Below the pieces are notes generated by a model that saw nothing but the letters and a program-made list of their open reading frames with translations, did not search any database and was not told where the DNA came from. A stretch of 64,000 nucleotides of DNA from NCBI RefSeq assembly GCF_000315625.1, contig NW_005434575.1:173236-237235 (forward strand), given 5' to 3'. A program made the translations under genes and the position numbers. Position 1 is the stretch's first letter. Each line of letters opens with the position of its first letter. Source of the stretch: Guillardia theta CCMP2712 (taxonomy: Eukaryota; Protista; Cryptophyta). Positions 49,001 to 60,907 of this stretch are shown here, one piece after another.

Positions 49001-49895
49001 GGCTGCTGTCCGTTGAGTTCGAGGGCAAGCTTCCCCTCCTCAGCCCAGGGCTGCAGCCAGTGAAGCACAAGTTCATCGACAACGAGGAAGAGGTGGATGA
49101 GCCGCACACGGGTAGCGAAGATGCGGACTCTCCCTTTGATGAGGAGGCGGGGGAGCACGACTCCGAGGAGCGGGCCTCTCGCCAGCAGAAGGACGTCCGC
49201 TGGTCGCAGGTCAGGAACCGGGACAGCAAGTATGAGAAGTGTACCTGCCATGGACTTGCAATCGAGGAGCTTGAAGGAAACCACGAGGTTCTCTACTCCA
49301 ACGGCAGGTTGTACATCGGTGGATGGAAGGATGGGTTGTGGAGCGGCAGGGGCATGTGGAGGCTGAGGACTGGGAAGCAGTACATAGGATACTGGTCGGG
49401 AGGGCTCTTCACGGCGATCATGTCCTTCGAAGGGACGGAGGATGAGACGTCTGAGAAGGCCAAGGGCAAGGTCGAGTGGCGCGACGGCAGCTACTTTGAA
49501 GGATCGTTCAGCTACGGCTGCCCACAGTCGGGCTTTCTGTGGGAGGAGTCGGAGGAGGGAGAGACCTGTTACGAGGTACTGACAAGCGTCCTTGCGGTCG
49601 AGGTGACTGACTGTTGGCTCAGGTTGAGTTCGAGGTTGAACCGAGCTTCTTGGATACCCTCAGGCTCGGCTCCCTGGTGACCCTGAAGAAGAACCGGATT
49701 GCCGGAGATTCCAGGCCGGCCCGGTCCAAGTCGCCGACCCAGACCATTCGAACATCTCCCAGCGCGTCGTTGAGGAGCAACAGCTCGACAGTCAACGACG
49801 CGGAGCACTACGACTCGATCCTAGAGAACCTAGCGAACCAGATGAAGCATGCGGGGCCCCTCTTCTCCGCATCCAAAGACAAGCTGAAGCGATGA
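46008..49895 (+). CDS. MORN-repeat protein with six CxCHG-capped modules and a cyclic-nucleotide-binding domain (3 or more exons; may extend 5')
   Basis: MORN YEGDWQGGKLTGYG / YAGEWSEHLYHGKGKF; CNB FKDGEVIIHKGSVGTTMYFIDEGAV...GDLFGEIAFL...RVCDVVA; introns about 48607-48783 and 49577-49622. Confidence 0.85.
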
Positions 49896-49904
49896 ACCTC
49901 TCCT

Positions 49905-52100
49905 TCATATCTCACTAAGACTGAAGGAGCGATCTTGTAGCATAGGATGAACGATGATGACGTCCAGAATCGTTCTCGGCAGCTTCCCCCTGTTGATAAA
50001 AGATTAAACTCAGAAGCATTTCGCCTCTCTCTTTCCTCCTCCTCCGTCCCCAACAAGATCCACAACCCCACATCAACCTCGTCTCCTCATGCTACTCCCC
50101 TCCACAACCCAACATCAACCTCGTCTCCTCATGCTACTCCCCTCCTCCCAAACTCTCCTGTGCACGACGCTGTGCTCGTAGGAATCGTCGAAGAGCAACA
50201 GCTCTCCCTCCTTCCATCCCCGCGACTCTCCCGCTACGTTGAGGTAGCAGCTCGTCGGCTCCGGAACTGAAATCCCAAGATGGACGTCCCAGCATCGGTT
50301 GCTCGGCCCGCAGTGCGGGCGGATGTTGCATCCTGGATAGATGGTGGAGACTCCCGCGCCAACGACCCTCAGCTTGGTCTAGCAACAACAAGTTAGCTCC
50401 TCCTTCTCGTCCTCGTCCTCGTCCTCCTGCCCGTGCCCCTACATTCCTTGTGTGACGCCATCCCCTCCCTCACTCATTTTCTGCTCAATTGCTTTCAGCT
50501 CGTCCTCCCTAAGTGATCCACTTATTCTATCTGCCTCTCACCTGCTTTTGCAGTCGCAGCAAGAATCTCCGAACCGAAGGAAAGTTCACCTCAAAAAGAC
50601 CTGCCCGTAGATATGAACTCAGGACAAAATCTCCTCCCTCCTCTCCTCCTCTCCTGCTCCTCCTCCTTCCCTCAAAGTTCAATTCCCCGTCCTCCTCCTC
50701 TCCTCTTCTCCTCCTCCACTAAAAAACCACTTTCCCGGCCTCCTCCCCTCGCTCCTGCTCCTTCCCTGAAATTCCACCTCTCTCTCCAGCTCCCCCTCTC
50801 TCCCCCTCCTCCTCCCTCACCCTCTCCTTATCAACCCACCAGTCGTGTTGACTTTAGTGTAAGTCCACAGCCCTCCCCCCGGATCCTGTAGGCCTTCGGC
50901 GGCCTCAGTGTGGGCCTTGCAGAGGAAGACGTCTGTCTGCATCTCCTCCAGCAGCTGCTCACCCATGCTCTGCATCACCTGCAGCCCCTCCTGCACCTCG
51001 GGAAACTTGGAGGCGTCGGGGAAGGGAGCAGACTCGAGCTCGGGGAAGAACTTGAGCGGCCTCTGCATCCTGACAAGAGGAGGTGAGGGCTGGTGAGGGT
51101 AGCGAAGAGGAACGTACGCATGCTTCCAGACTCCCCGTGACACGGCGTTGGCGATGGCTTGTTCGGCCTTGTCCCTCCTGTCGAGCCAGATCTTCCCTTC
51201 TCTCATCAGCAGGGAGAACAGTGAGGCATCGGCTCTCACCAAGGATGTGCAAAGCATGCTCTGCGCTTGAGGGTCCAAAGCAAACTTCTCTTGGGAGGAC
51301 AGCCTGCGCGCCTGTTGGACAATGGAGGAGGGAGGAGGGAGGAGGGAGGAGGGAGGAGGGAGGAGGGAGGAGGGAGGAGGGGAGATATAGACTCACTCGG
51401 ACAGGATCTTGACACATGTTTCAAGGTCGTTGATCTTCATCGCATGCTGAGCATCCTCAATCGAGTGCGAGCATGGGACGCTGCTCGTTCCGAGGCTGCG
51501 CTGGGGAGGAGGGCAGGAGAACTTTCTTATTGCAAGGGGGCTGAGAGGGTCCGCTAGCCTTTGACGGCTATACAGCTTCTGACTTGGATCCTGGGAGGAG
51601 GAGAGGAGAGAGGATCGTCGAGGAGGGTGCGGACAGACGCTACTACACCTTGCCATCGCACGTTGTAGCAGAGAGCTGGTACAGCGCATACCGTTTCTCA
51701 TGCTGTCCTCAGCTTTTCCTGCAAGACTAACCGCTCTGCATACACAAAAGGTTTGATGTCAGTTTTGTCACCACACCATGGATGTTATCTGAATCCTTCT
51801 TCGTTCTTGGTGTCTACCAACAACTTGCATCTTTCCTACGGCCATCTTGTCTCACCAATTGTCAAACGAGATCGCTTTTGTTGCTGTATCCAGTAGCGGT
51901 GAACTCAATCGTTTCTCGTTCTCCCTCCCGTCCGCCCGCCTTCTCTCTCTCCCTACCTCGCCCGCATCACAATTTTCTTCTGTCCCCTCCTCTCACGCAC
52001 TGACTCCCATCCTCTCTCCCCGCCCCTGCTCCCTCTGCGATGCGACCACTCCTTCAGAGCATCGATTTCCTCGTACTTGAAATACTTCCATGAACTCATG
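49905..52100 (-). CDS. Aspartyl/asparaginyl beta-hydroxylase (AspH)-like 2OG-Fe(II) oxygenase; 5' end uncertain
   Basis: QRPLKFFPELESAPF, EGLQDPGGGLW, IRPHCGPSNRCWDVHLGISVP...VAGESRGWKEGELLLFDDSYEHSVVH..PRTILDVIIVHPML. Confidence 0.85.
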
Positions 52101-52449
52101 CTTCAGAGGACTACAATACCCGTGCATGCCATGTCAAATGCACATCCTTCTTCAAGATCCTCTTCCCTGCTGTTGCATGCTCCTGCCGGATTCTTGCTCC
52201 CTCCCTTCAATCCCCTCCATTAGCTACCGCTAGCTTCTTACGTCTCTTTGCCTCCTACCCAGTCCTCCTGGCACTTTCAGACCATGTCTCCATCACCTCA
52301 CATCCTCGCATCATTCTCTTTTCCTTCCTTTCCCGTCTGGTCCCTCAAGCTGCTGCTTCCTCCTCTCCCCTTCTCGCCATCGCCGCATCTGCCTCCACGT
52401 CTCGCTACCCTGCACCATGGAATACGAAGTCAACGACGAACGGGTACTG

Positions 52450-53810
52450 AAATAAAAAGGGGGGTGGGGGGGTGAATTCAGTCAGACCTCGGGGTAATTT
52501 GACGGAAGGGGAGGGGTCATCGACCGCTGGGTGCTCTACACATGGGGGTAGTGGGGTGGGAACAGAAATGTTTTTCTGCTCCCGAGTAGGGTTATTTTGA
52601 TGTGATTGAGGGGGGTACGTTTCCGTAAGGTTTGTGGGTGTTATGGTGTACACTACCCCTACCCCAATCGTTCCCCACCCCCACCCGTGCATAAAACACA
52701 CACCACCCTATCATGTAAGCCCCGACTGTCTAAGGACCCCTCCCCCATATCGTTTTTCTCCCCTTTCCGAGAGTGGCCCCCTACAAGTCTCGGCCCGCCG
52801 CCGTACGGTACGGTACGGTAGCCGCGCCTCAGTGCCCGGCCCGGGCCCGATCGGATTACCGATGGCAGTGCCATCATCATGACAGTGTGTGATGCCATGA
52901 CTCTCAGAGTCGGATGGGCGGGCCAGGCGGCCCGGCCGCCGAGTCAGCGGCCGCCACGCCCGCCGGGCCGGGCCGGTCTCAGCCACGGTACGCCGTTGCC
53001 AAGTTCCGACGGGCCTGAATGGGCCCGCCGTCGGACGCGGCGGGGGGCCGCCGGGCCGCTCGATGGCTGTGAGGTGATCGAATGAGTCGGATGGGGAGAC
53101 TCTGAAACTTGCCTCACTGCCGTTTCACAGAGCCTCCGAGTCCGACGTGACGTTCCGAAGTTCCGAGCCAGTGTCCGATCACTGGCCGCGCAGCCTCACG
53201 GACGCCGCGGCCTCAACGGTCAGTGCCAGTGACCGTCCAGGGCGGGATCGGACTACCCGGACCGCCGCCGTCCGTGCGTGGCACGGATCGGACTCCGGGA
53301 CGGTGGCACGCGGCCGCGGCCCGGGTGTGGCAGGCCGCAGTGAGCAAACTTTGAAACTTGAAACCGGGCCGGGGGAGTCACGGCGTCACGTACGATCATA
53401 CTACGTGAGAGTGATGTACGGTCACAGTCAGAGGCAATCATCATGACTTGAATGCTGAACTTGAATCCAGGCGCGGCCCGAGCCTCGGAGATCTAGTGAG
53501 CCTGCCTCGGAGCTCTAGTGAGCCTGCCTCGGAGCTCTAGTACCGGAGCCGGGCTATAGGAGCACTGAGAAGTTACCCCGCGTGTTAACTTCCGAGGTTC
53601 TGCCGCTACACCCACCTCCAGCCCGAGACCTACCCCTCGTCAGAACACCCCCACCCACAGATATTACCCTAAATGGACCCCGTATGACCTTCATCAAGAG
53701 TACCCTCTACGCAGGGTATCACATACCCCACCCATGTCTGCACCCCCCTTTCTTCACCCTACGACGAATGACTACCCCCTACCCCCCTACCCTCCCCGAA
53801 ATCAGTAGTA
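52450..53810. repeat. GC micro-palindrome island (52790-53560) flanked on both sides by TACCC/GGGTA tracts
   Basis: GATGGCA-G-TGCCATC (52861-52875), GACTCT-C-AGAGTC (52899-52911), CCGTACGGTACGGTACGG, AAACTTTGAAACTTGAAA core, 22-bp tandem CTAGTGAGCCTGCCTCGGAGCT. Confidence 0.75.
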
Positions 53811-53817
53811 CCATACC

Positions 53818-55563
53818 ATGTCTACAGGCAAGACAAGGTGCAGCATGGCGAGGAGGCGGAATCGCGGAGGGGAGGGAGGGGAGGGAGGGGAGGGAGGGGA
53901 GGGAGGGGAGGGAGGGGAGGGAGGAGCAGATGGAGGAGAAGTGAGAGGAGAAGCATCCTGGAGTGATGAGGCATGTCAAAGATCTCAGACTGCGGTAGCT
54001 TCAGCTATCCGCTGCTCGCATTCCGAAGCCGGAGAGCCTGAGCAAGCACACATGTTCCCTGCTCATCGTTCTGAGGAGATACAGGAGATGGGGGAGGACA
54101 AGGCAGTCAGCATGAAGTCTTGGAGGCGAGACGATCTAAGGATTGGTGGGTCTTTGTGCCAGTATGAAGGAAATTTTGAAGCCGGGGAGCCATCGGGGTT
54201 TGGTCGAGCTTACTGGAAGGATAGCAATCGTACGTATATGGGACAATTCAAGCAAGGAGACCTTCATGGAGCGGGAACTTTCATAGAGGAGGATGGAAGT
54301 AGGATAAGGGGAACCTTTCGTAGAGGTGCTCTAAAGGAAGAGGGGGTAAGGACCACGAGGGAGGGGAAGAGGGAGATGGTTGTGGCTCAAGATTCGAAAC
54401 ATGTTCTCTGCTCCGCGGGCTTCCGAGTCGTTGGACAAGCGCCCAACGAAGTTATAGGGGAGGAGAGGAGGTTGACAGCAGCAGCGGTCATGAAGGTAGA
54501 CTCCGAGCATGAAGGGAACAGCTTCGGGCACATCCGCACGATGGACGGAAAGGTCAAGTTCGCGGTGCCCTACAGGGCACACCGTCCTCTGACGAACCTA
54601 GAGCTGTGTCAGGGAAAGATCGTCGTCGTGCAGCGAGGAGGATGCACCATTGCAGAGAAGCTGAAGCACGTGCAGAGCGCTGGAGCCGCAGCGATGATCC
54701 TTGTAGGGGTGGACAACCAGGACAAGTTCTCCGAGATCATGCAGATCAGGGAGAAGCCCGAGGAAGGGTTCCTGGCTTGTATCCCCGTGGTATACGTGCT
54801 GGGCAAGGACGAGGGGCAGATCAGTGAAGGCATGATCTGCCGTATGGTGTTCCTCCCTAGGACTCCCCGCACTCCCGTCACTTGGAGCCTGGGCCATATC
54901 GTGATCCCTCCGCAGTCCTGCTACCCCGATGGCTCGCAGGGGAACCAGGAGGAGCTGCTGGCCGAATTTATCGAAATGAGGAAGGCTGACATGGAGGAGA
55001 TGAACAGGAGGCTGGTCCTGTTGAACGAGCCACCTCCTCCTGCAGCTGTCTGCGCCAAGGACCTGACAGGGAGCAGGTCAGCTTCCCTTAGGACTGCCCC
55101 TCGGCATGACGATGCCCGTTGAGCAGGCCCGATGGAGCTGCCACCATTTGGGAGACTTTGAGAGCGTCCATGTGCGTGACGTCGACAGCAAGGGGGCGAG
55201 CGTGCTGAGTTACAGTTTGCCGTGCAGGGAGCGGATGCGGCACATCGTGACTGACTTCTGGTGGGTGAAGGAGCTGTCAGCAGGTAGTCCGGAGGGAGGA
55301 GGAGGAGGAGGAGGAGGAGGAGGAGGTAACGGTTGTGGTTCAGGACTGAGCGGCGGGATGACATTCTCGGGCACGCACACGATCGTTTCCGGGTATCCGT
55401 TACCTGTAACAGCCGAGGAATGAAGCGAGGAGGACAGGAAGGACGGAAGGAGATAGTAGCTGAAGAGAAGGCGATAGAGGAGAGGTTCATCGGCCAGACG
55501 CAGGGACGGCTCCTGCTGTGTATTATCCAATTTATTCATTCGCTAACGATAAACAAACATTGA
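53818..55563 (+). CDS. MORN-repeat + PA (protease-associated) domain protein, multi-exon
   Basis: YEGNFEAGEPSGFG, YMGQFKQGDLHGAG; PA motif QGKIVVVQRGGCTIAEKLKHVQSAGAAAMILV...IPVVYV. Confidence 0.75.
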
Positions 55564-55689
55564 AAAAACGTGAGCATACCATGTCAACACTCCCCTCACG
55601 GCCAATGCTCAGAATGTTCAGATCGCCTTGTCAGGTCAACAGTTATCAACAGGCTGCACTTCCTTATGGGTGAGTGCACGATCAAATCC

Positions 55690-57095
55690 TCACTTGAGTG
55701 CAGGCTCCTTCTCCTCCACCGGGGCAGCCTTGGCCTTGGGCCCGTAGGGAAGGCCGTTGCGCTCGAAACCGACCTCAGGCTTCCAGTTGTCCCAAGGCTC
55801 TCCCTGCTGCTTGTCAAGATACTCAGCGAAGCAGGAGGAGTCCACGGCCAGGCCCATAGCATGCATTCCGTTGTCCACGTACTGGCAGGTGCCGGTAATG
55901 GCGCCGCCGAGCTCTGAGCACAGGGCAAGGGCAGCGCGTCCGACGTCGTCAGCGTTGAGAGGATCGGGGAGGGGAGTGTTGGCGATGTTGTAGTCGATGC
56001 AGTAGTCGATGAAGTTGCGCTCTCCGGGCCCTCCCTTCTTGATAGCCACAGCTGCCCTGGAGGCAAGGGGCCCAGCAGAGATGGTGTTGACGCGAATGCC
56101 CCACTTCCTGCCCGCCTCCCATGCGAGCACCTTGGTGTCGCTCTCCAGCTGCGCCTTGGCTGAGGACATGCCTCCACCGTACCCGGGCACCACCCTCTCC
56201 GAGGCGATGAAGGTCAAGGACAGGATCGACCCTCCGGGGTTCATGATCTCCCCAAAGTGCTTCGTCATGGACACGAGGGAGTAGGCGGAGGCGGAGGAGG
56301 CGGCCAAGTAGCCCGCGCGGGAAGTCTCCAGCAGCGGCTTCGTCACCTCAGGGCCGTTGGCCAGGGAGTGAACGAGGATGTCGATCTTGCCGTAATCCTT
56401 CGCCACCGCCTCGGCGCAGGACCTGATGTCGTAGCCTGTGATGCCAGCGTATCGCTTGTTGCTCTTCGTCTCCTCTGGAATCTCTTCAGGAGTGGAGAAC
56501 ATGGCTGCAAGCCCAAGTCATCCTCCAGGACAACAGCAACCTTCGCCTCACTCACCGTCAAGAGGATATACTTTCTCCACCTTCATCATTGAGCCGTCCT
56601 TCAGCTTAGAATCTTCACCGAATCCCTTCTTCAGGCCCCTCTCAAACAGTGAGAGCACAGGAGGCCAAGTTCCGACAATGATGGTAGCTCCTGCCTCCGC
56701 GAGCTGCTTCGCGATGGCCCAGCCATACCCCGTGGAGTCCGCAACGCCTGCGATGAAGGCAACCTACGATCGTACGTAAGGCACAGGAATCCTCTGATTG
56801 CACCGCAAGATCTCAAACATTTCATCAACATCACGAAAATCTATCCTTACGAGCTCACCTTTCCTGTCATGTCGATCTCGTAACCCTTCATGGACGCCCC
56901 TGCAACACCTTGTCTGGCACTTCGCAAGGGACGAGGAGCCTCTTTGCCGACGACGACACCAGGAGCCTCTCTCTGAGAGATGGAGGATCTGTGAGCTGAA
57001 GAGAAAGAGGAGGAGACAGGGGATGTAGGCAGGAAGCCCATGGCTCCTGACGCGGCGCTCGCCGCCAGCGCCATCGTAAGCGCCGCTCGCAGCAT
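55690..57095 (-). CDS. fabI: Plastid enoyl-ACP reductase (plant/Chlamydia-type FabI) with bipartite targeting peptide
   Basis: [79 protein letters not shown]; leader [21 protein letters not shown]. Confidence 0.95.
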
Positions 57096-57109
57096 AGCAA
57101 GGACCTTCG

Positions 57110-58330
57110 ATTGCTTTCCACTACTACCCCACCCTCTAAAAATCCTTCTGCCCCACCCCACGATACCTACACACTACCCTCTGCTACCCCCTATCACTCC
57201 AAGGAAGGTACTTACTCTACCACCACCCATACTTTTCCCTTCAAGTACCCCTCTGAAATTTGCTCCACCCCCAACCCCCCACCCCTATACTTCTTTTCAT
57301 TCCTCCCACTCCCACAATGATCCGATTCATCACCCCTACCCCCTTTCTAAGTATCCTTCGGTGAGGATGACCCCTCTGAAGGGAGTACCCCTTGCCAGAG
57401 ACCCACTGCCTCTTTATACCACCCCTTGACACATCAAGGTATACCCCCAGCTTTTCCCTTTGCATTGCATCGGTTTACAGAGGTACCCTACCCCACTCTC
57501 CGTGACGACAAAGAGCTTGATGGGGTATACTACCCCACCCTAAGGGGCCCGTCCCCTACTTGTCCACCCTTGTCTACTTGTCCAAGGTTTGTACCCTACC
57601 CATGCACTCCCTTTATATATTTGGGCAGCAATTGCCCCTTGTTGGACCTACCCCCTACCCCTACCCTCTTCGTTTCAGCAAAATGATCACAGAACCACCC
57701 CGTTATCATGGATGTACCCCCTTTTATTATTAAAAACCTCCCCCCGACGCTTCGAGAGGTCATTGGTACCCCTACCCACATTCCACTGACTACCCCTACA
57801 TTTTCCCAAATATCTCAACTACCGGTGGTCAACAATGATTTAAACGGGGAGATCAGTCCCTTCGCACAAGTACCCACCCCCTATTACTACCCCACCCTAA
57901 GAAGGTCCGGACTTGATGAATCATTTCAATTCATCACCCCCCATTTACTCGAAAAAATAACCCTACCCTATAGTTTGCATACACTGTACTACCTGAACCC
58001 ACCCTATCACCCCACCCCTCTGCACACGTACCGCATAAATAGAAGGAAACACTTCGATTCCAATGACCCCCTTGCAAGATTTCGATCCTACCCCTCATTT
58101 CTTCTTTGCACTACCCAACCGAAAAACTTCACAAAAAGTACCCCTATTTCATTCATGACGTACCCCGTGACCTCCCAACATTTGGAGGTGCTGATGTACC
58201 CATTACCCAGCTTTTTCGGAGATCAGCTTTGACCACCCGTACTCTGTCTACCCCCACCCACCTAAAACAGAGGGACCTTTTCCCCCACATTCTGATGAAC
58301 CATACGGACACAACCCAAAGGCTGTACGGG
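57110..58330. repeat. 1.2-kb TACCC-rich non-coding tract
   Basis: More than 25 TACCC occurrences, almost all on the plus strand, aperiodic. Confidence 0.75.
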
Positions 58331-58454
58331 CATACGTAACCGTAACGGTTGTAACCGTTCCTAAAGCAACTTCCCAGCTGCGGGCCTTACACTCGTCTCT
58401 CGGCGCGGTCTCTCCACTCCCCTCAGCAGGTGAAGCAGCAGGTGGACGGTCGAG

Positions 58455-58677
58455 GGAGGAAGGAGGAGAGGAGAGAGGAGGAGAGGAGAGGGGAGAGAGG
58501 AAGCAGAGTGGGGAGAGCCTCCCGGCGGAGAGAGGAGAAGAGGAGAAGAGGAGGAGAAGAGGAGAGAGAAGAGGAGAGAGGAGGGGAGGAGAGAGGAGAA
58601 GAGGAGAGAGGAGAAGAGGAGAAGAGGAGAAGAGGAGAAGAGGAGAAGAGGAGAAGAGGAGAAGAGGAGAGAGAAGA
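58455..58677. repeat. Purine-rich (GAGAAGAG)n low-complexity repeat
   Basis: Direct reading. Confidence 0.85.
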
Positions 58678-58869
58678 GTGAATGATGACGATCAATTTCA
58701 ACCCTGGCTTGAGTCTGGAAGAAATCGTAAAACAAACATAGCAAACCATTGAGAACTAGAAAGATTCCGAGATTCCTGTAGCAGTATGGCCAGGGTTTGA
58801 GTATTCTTCCCCGATCTGCAAGTCTCCGGAGCTGAAGGGTATCGTGATCCGTGTGGGAGGGGTATCGTG

Positions 58870-59417
58870 ATGTCGGAGCATGCTCCCGTAGGAGTCACGG
58901 ATCTGAGATTTGCTGACGACCTCAGGGCTCAAGACGCACCTGTTGAGGACTGTTCCCAGGATCCAGAGAGCTCTGCGTCCAGTCATGCCGCACCTCCTGG
59001 TCTCACGTGTTGAGAAGGCTTTCACATGTTGGTCAGAGGTGCGGTCCGGGAGCCATCCTACAGCATCTCCGAGATACATGAATGCTCCCATCCCCTCGTC
59101 CTCGCTGCTCTCGTCCTCGCTCGTGCATCATCATGTCCTCTCCTCTCCCAGGTCTCTCGCAGCCCGGCCCTCACCTCTGCTCTTTGTCGGAGTCCTCCTC
59201 CTCGCGTCCTCCGTCAGTCTTCCCTGAGCTCTCTGCTTCCAAGACCCTCCAGCTCGCCCGCCTCCGCGCCGCCATCGCCTACATCCAGCGCCTCCAGCAC
59301 CTCTGCGGCGGCAGCGTCGACGGGGAGCTGCTACCATGCTTGGCTCGGCAGGAGGTCCGGGTAGACGAGGAGGAGGCAGGAGGCGGGGAGGCGGGCGGTA
59401 GAGGTCTACATGAGTAA
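58870..59417 (+). CDS. Hypothetical small protein; last exon has a bHLH-helix-2-like segment
   Basis: SKTLQLARLRAAIAYIQRLQ; no basic region or helix 1 found. Confidence 0.3.
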
Positions 59418-60149
59418 ATGGATCGCACAAAGGTGTAGTCTAGTATCGATGTGAGGGCTGTCTGACTAGCCGCACCCTCACTCCACCGGGAGATCGTGGG
59501 AGGCGCACAAGGCAAGGGGAGGGGAGGGCAGACCGCCTGAGGGACCTGTTGTGGACCCCCCCTTGGTAGCCGAGGGGAGCCTCCATGGGCGGGGGGCGGG
59601 GGGCTCCCCTTGTGCTCGCTACGGGCAAGACCAGCCGTGCCTTGCAGACTCTCCCAGCGGTGGCTGTGCTTGCAGATGCTGTGGAAGGCGACAGCTTCTC
59701 TCGCTGTCTACTGGTGATGAGGAGCAGACTTGGTCCTGCAGAGGCTCGAGCTCGCCCTCACCAGCCATGGGCACTGAAGGCCGGATGAGGCCTTGCTCCG
59801 TGAGCAAGGCGACAGGCGCAGCCTCCCATACGCGCCCGCACCACCCATGGCTTCATGGTCAAGTCTCATGATTCCGGGACATCGCCACGGCGGCATGATC
59901 TGCTGCTCGCCCATGAGCTGCTGAGCTCTCTCTCCGTCTCTTCGTCTCTTGCGACTCCTCCCTCAGTTCCCTCACTCCTCCCATCTGCCTGGCTTCGAGT
60001 CCGGGGCTCTGCGTCCTCCCCGCGGTAACGCACACGTCACAGTGTCAGCACAGCAACGTGACCGCACGAGCTCTACGTGGCGGCTTCCGCACCCCAACCT
60101 CGATCAGGCCGGGGGGCCTTTGCGGCTTCTCTCTCGGCGTGAGCTACCT

Positions 60150-60500
60150 CGGCGAGACTTGCAGAGCGTCTCAGTCTCACCGTCTCGAGTCACGGCGGCG
60201 ATACTGAAGCCTGGCAGGGACTCCTGCCAGTGAGTCGCCCGACGGATCGTACTACCGGACGGTACAGTTCACGCCGGGCACGGTTCGTGGCCCGGGCTGA
60301 GTTCCGTGACTTTGACCCCCCCCTCCCCCCCCCGATGACTGTCGGATCTGCCCGGCGGGCCCCGCCGCGCCGGGCCCGGGGCGCTGGGACTCAGTTGAAA
60401 AAAAGCCTTAAGTTCCATCCCGGCGAGAACTTGAGGAAGCGGCCGGGCCCCCGGGGCCGGGCCTGGCCATCTGAGGTTTGTCCAGGGTTTGTCACTCAAT
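60150..60500. repeat. GC micro-palindrome island
   Basis: CTGGCAGG-GACT-CCTGCCAG, CCGGGCCCGG, GGCCCCCGGGGCC and a TTGAAAAAAAGCCTTAAGTT core. Confidence 0.65.
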
Positions 60501-60907
60501 TAGCAAGGTGAGGGGACGAGGGGCCAAGCGCCATGCTGCAAGGTGAAGTGGTTGGGGCACCAGGAGGGAGCGTGAGAAGAGGAGAGGAGACGCAAGGAAA
60601 AGGAGACGCAAGGAGAGGAGATAAGGGGTAGAAGAAGGGGGTGTAGACGCCCGGAAGAGGAGAGGACAACTTCGCCGCACACATCGACGCACCTGCTCCC
60701 TGTGCTCTGGTTGGGCCGCCACGTAGGGTCCAGCTGGAAGGGCCCAGTTCTGAGCCACCCGCAACCGCGGCCGTTTGTTTGCGGACTCTTGCTGCCTCCA
60801 TCACTGTGTGAGGAGAGTCGGGACTGTTTCCCGCCTCTCGAGTCATACTTGGAGCTTGACGCCGGCAGCCCCCTGGTCAACCAGCCTGGCGAGGCAGAAG
60901 ATAGAGG

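Noticed and set aside
59230-59310. bHLH transcription factor
   Set aside because: Only a helix-2-like segment; no basic region or helix 1 could be spliced in.
59440-59914. Possible small minus-strand gene
   Set aside because: No recognisable domain and no convincing exon chain.
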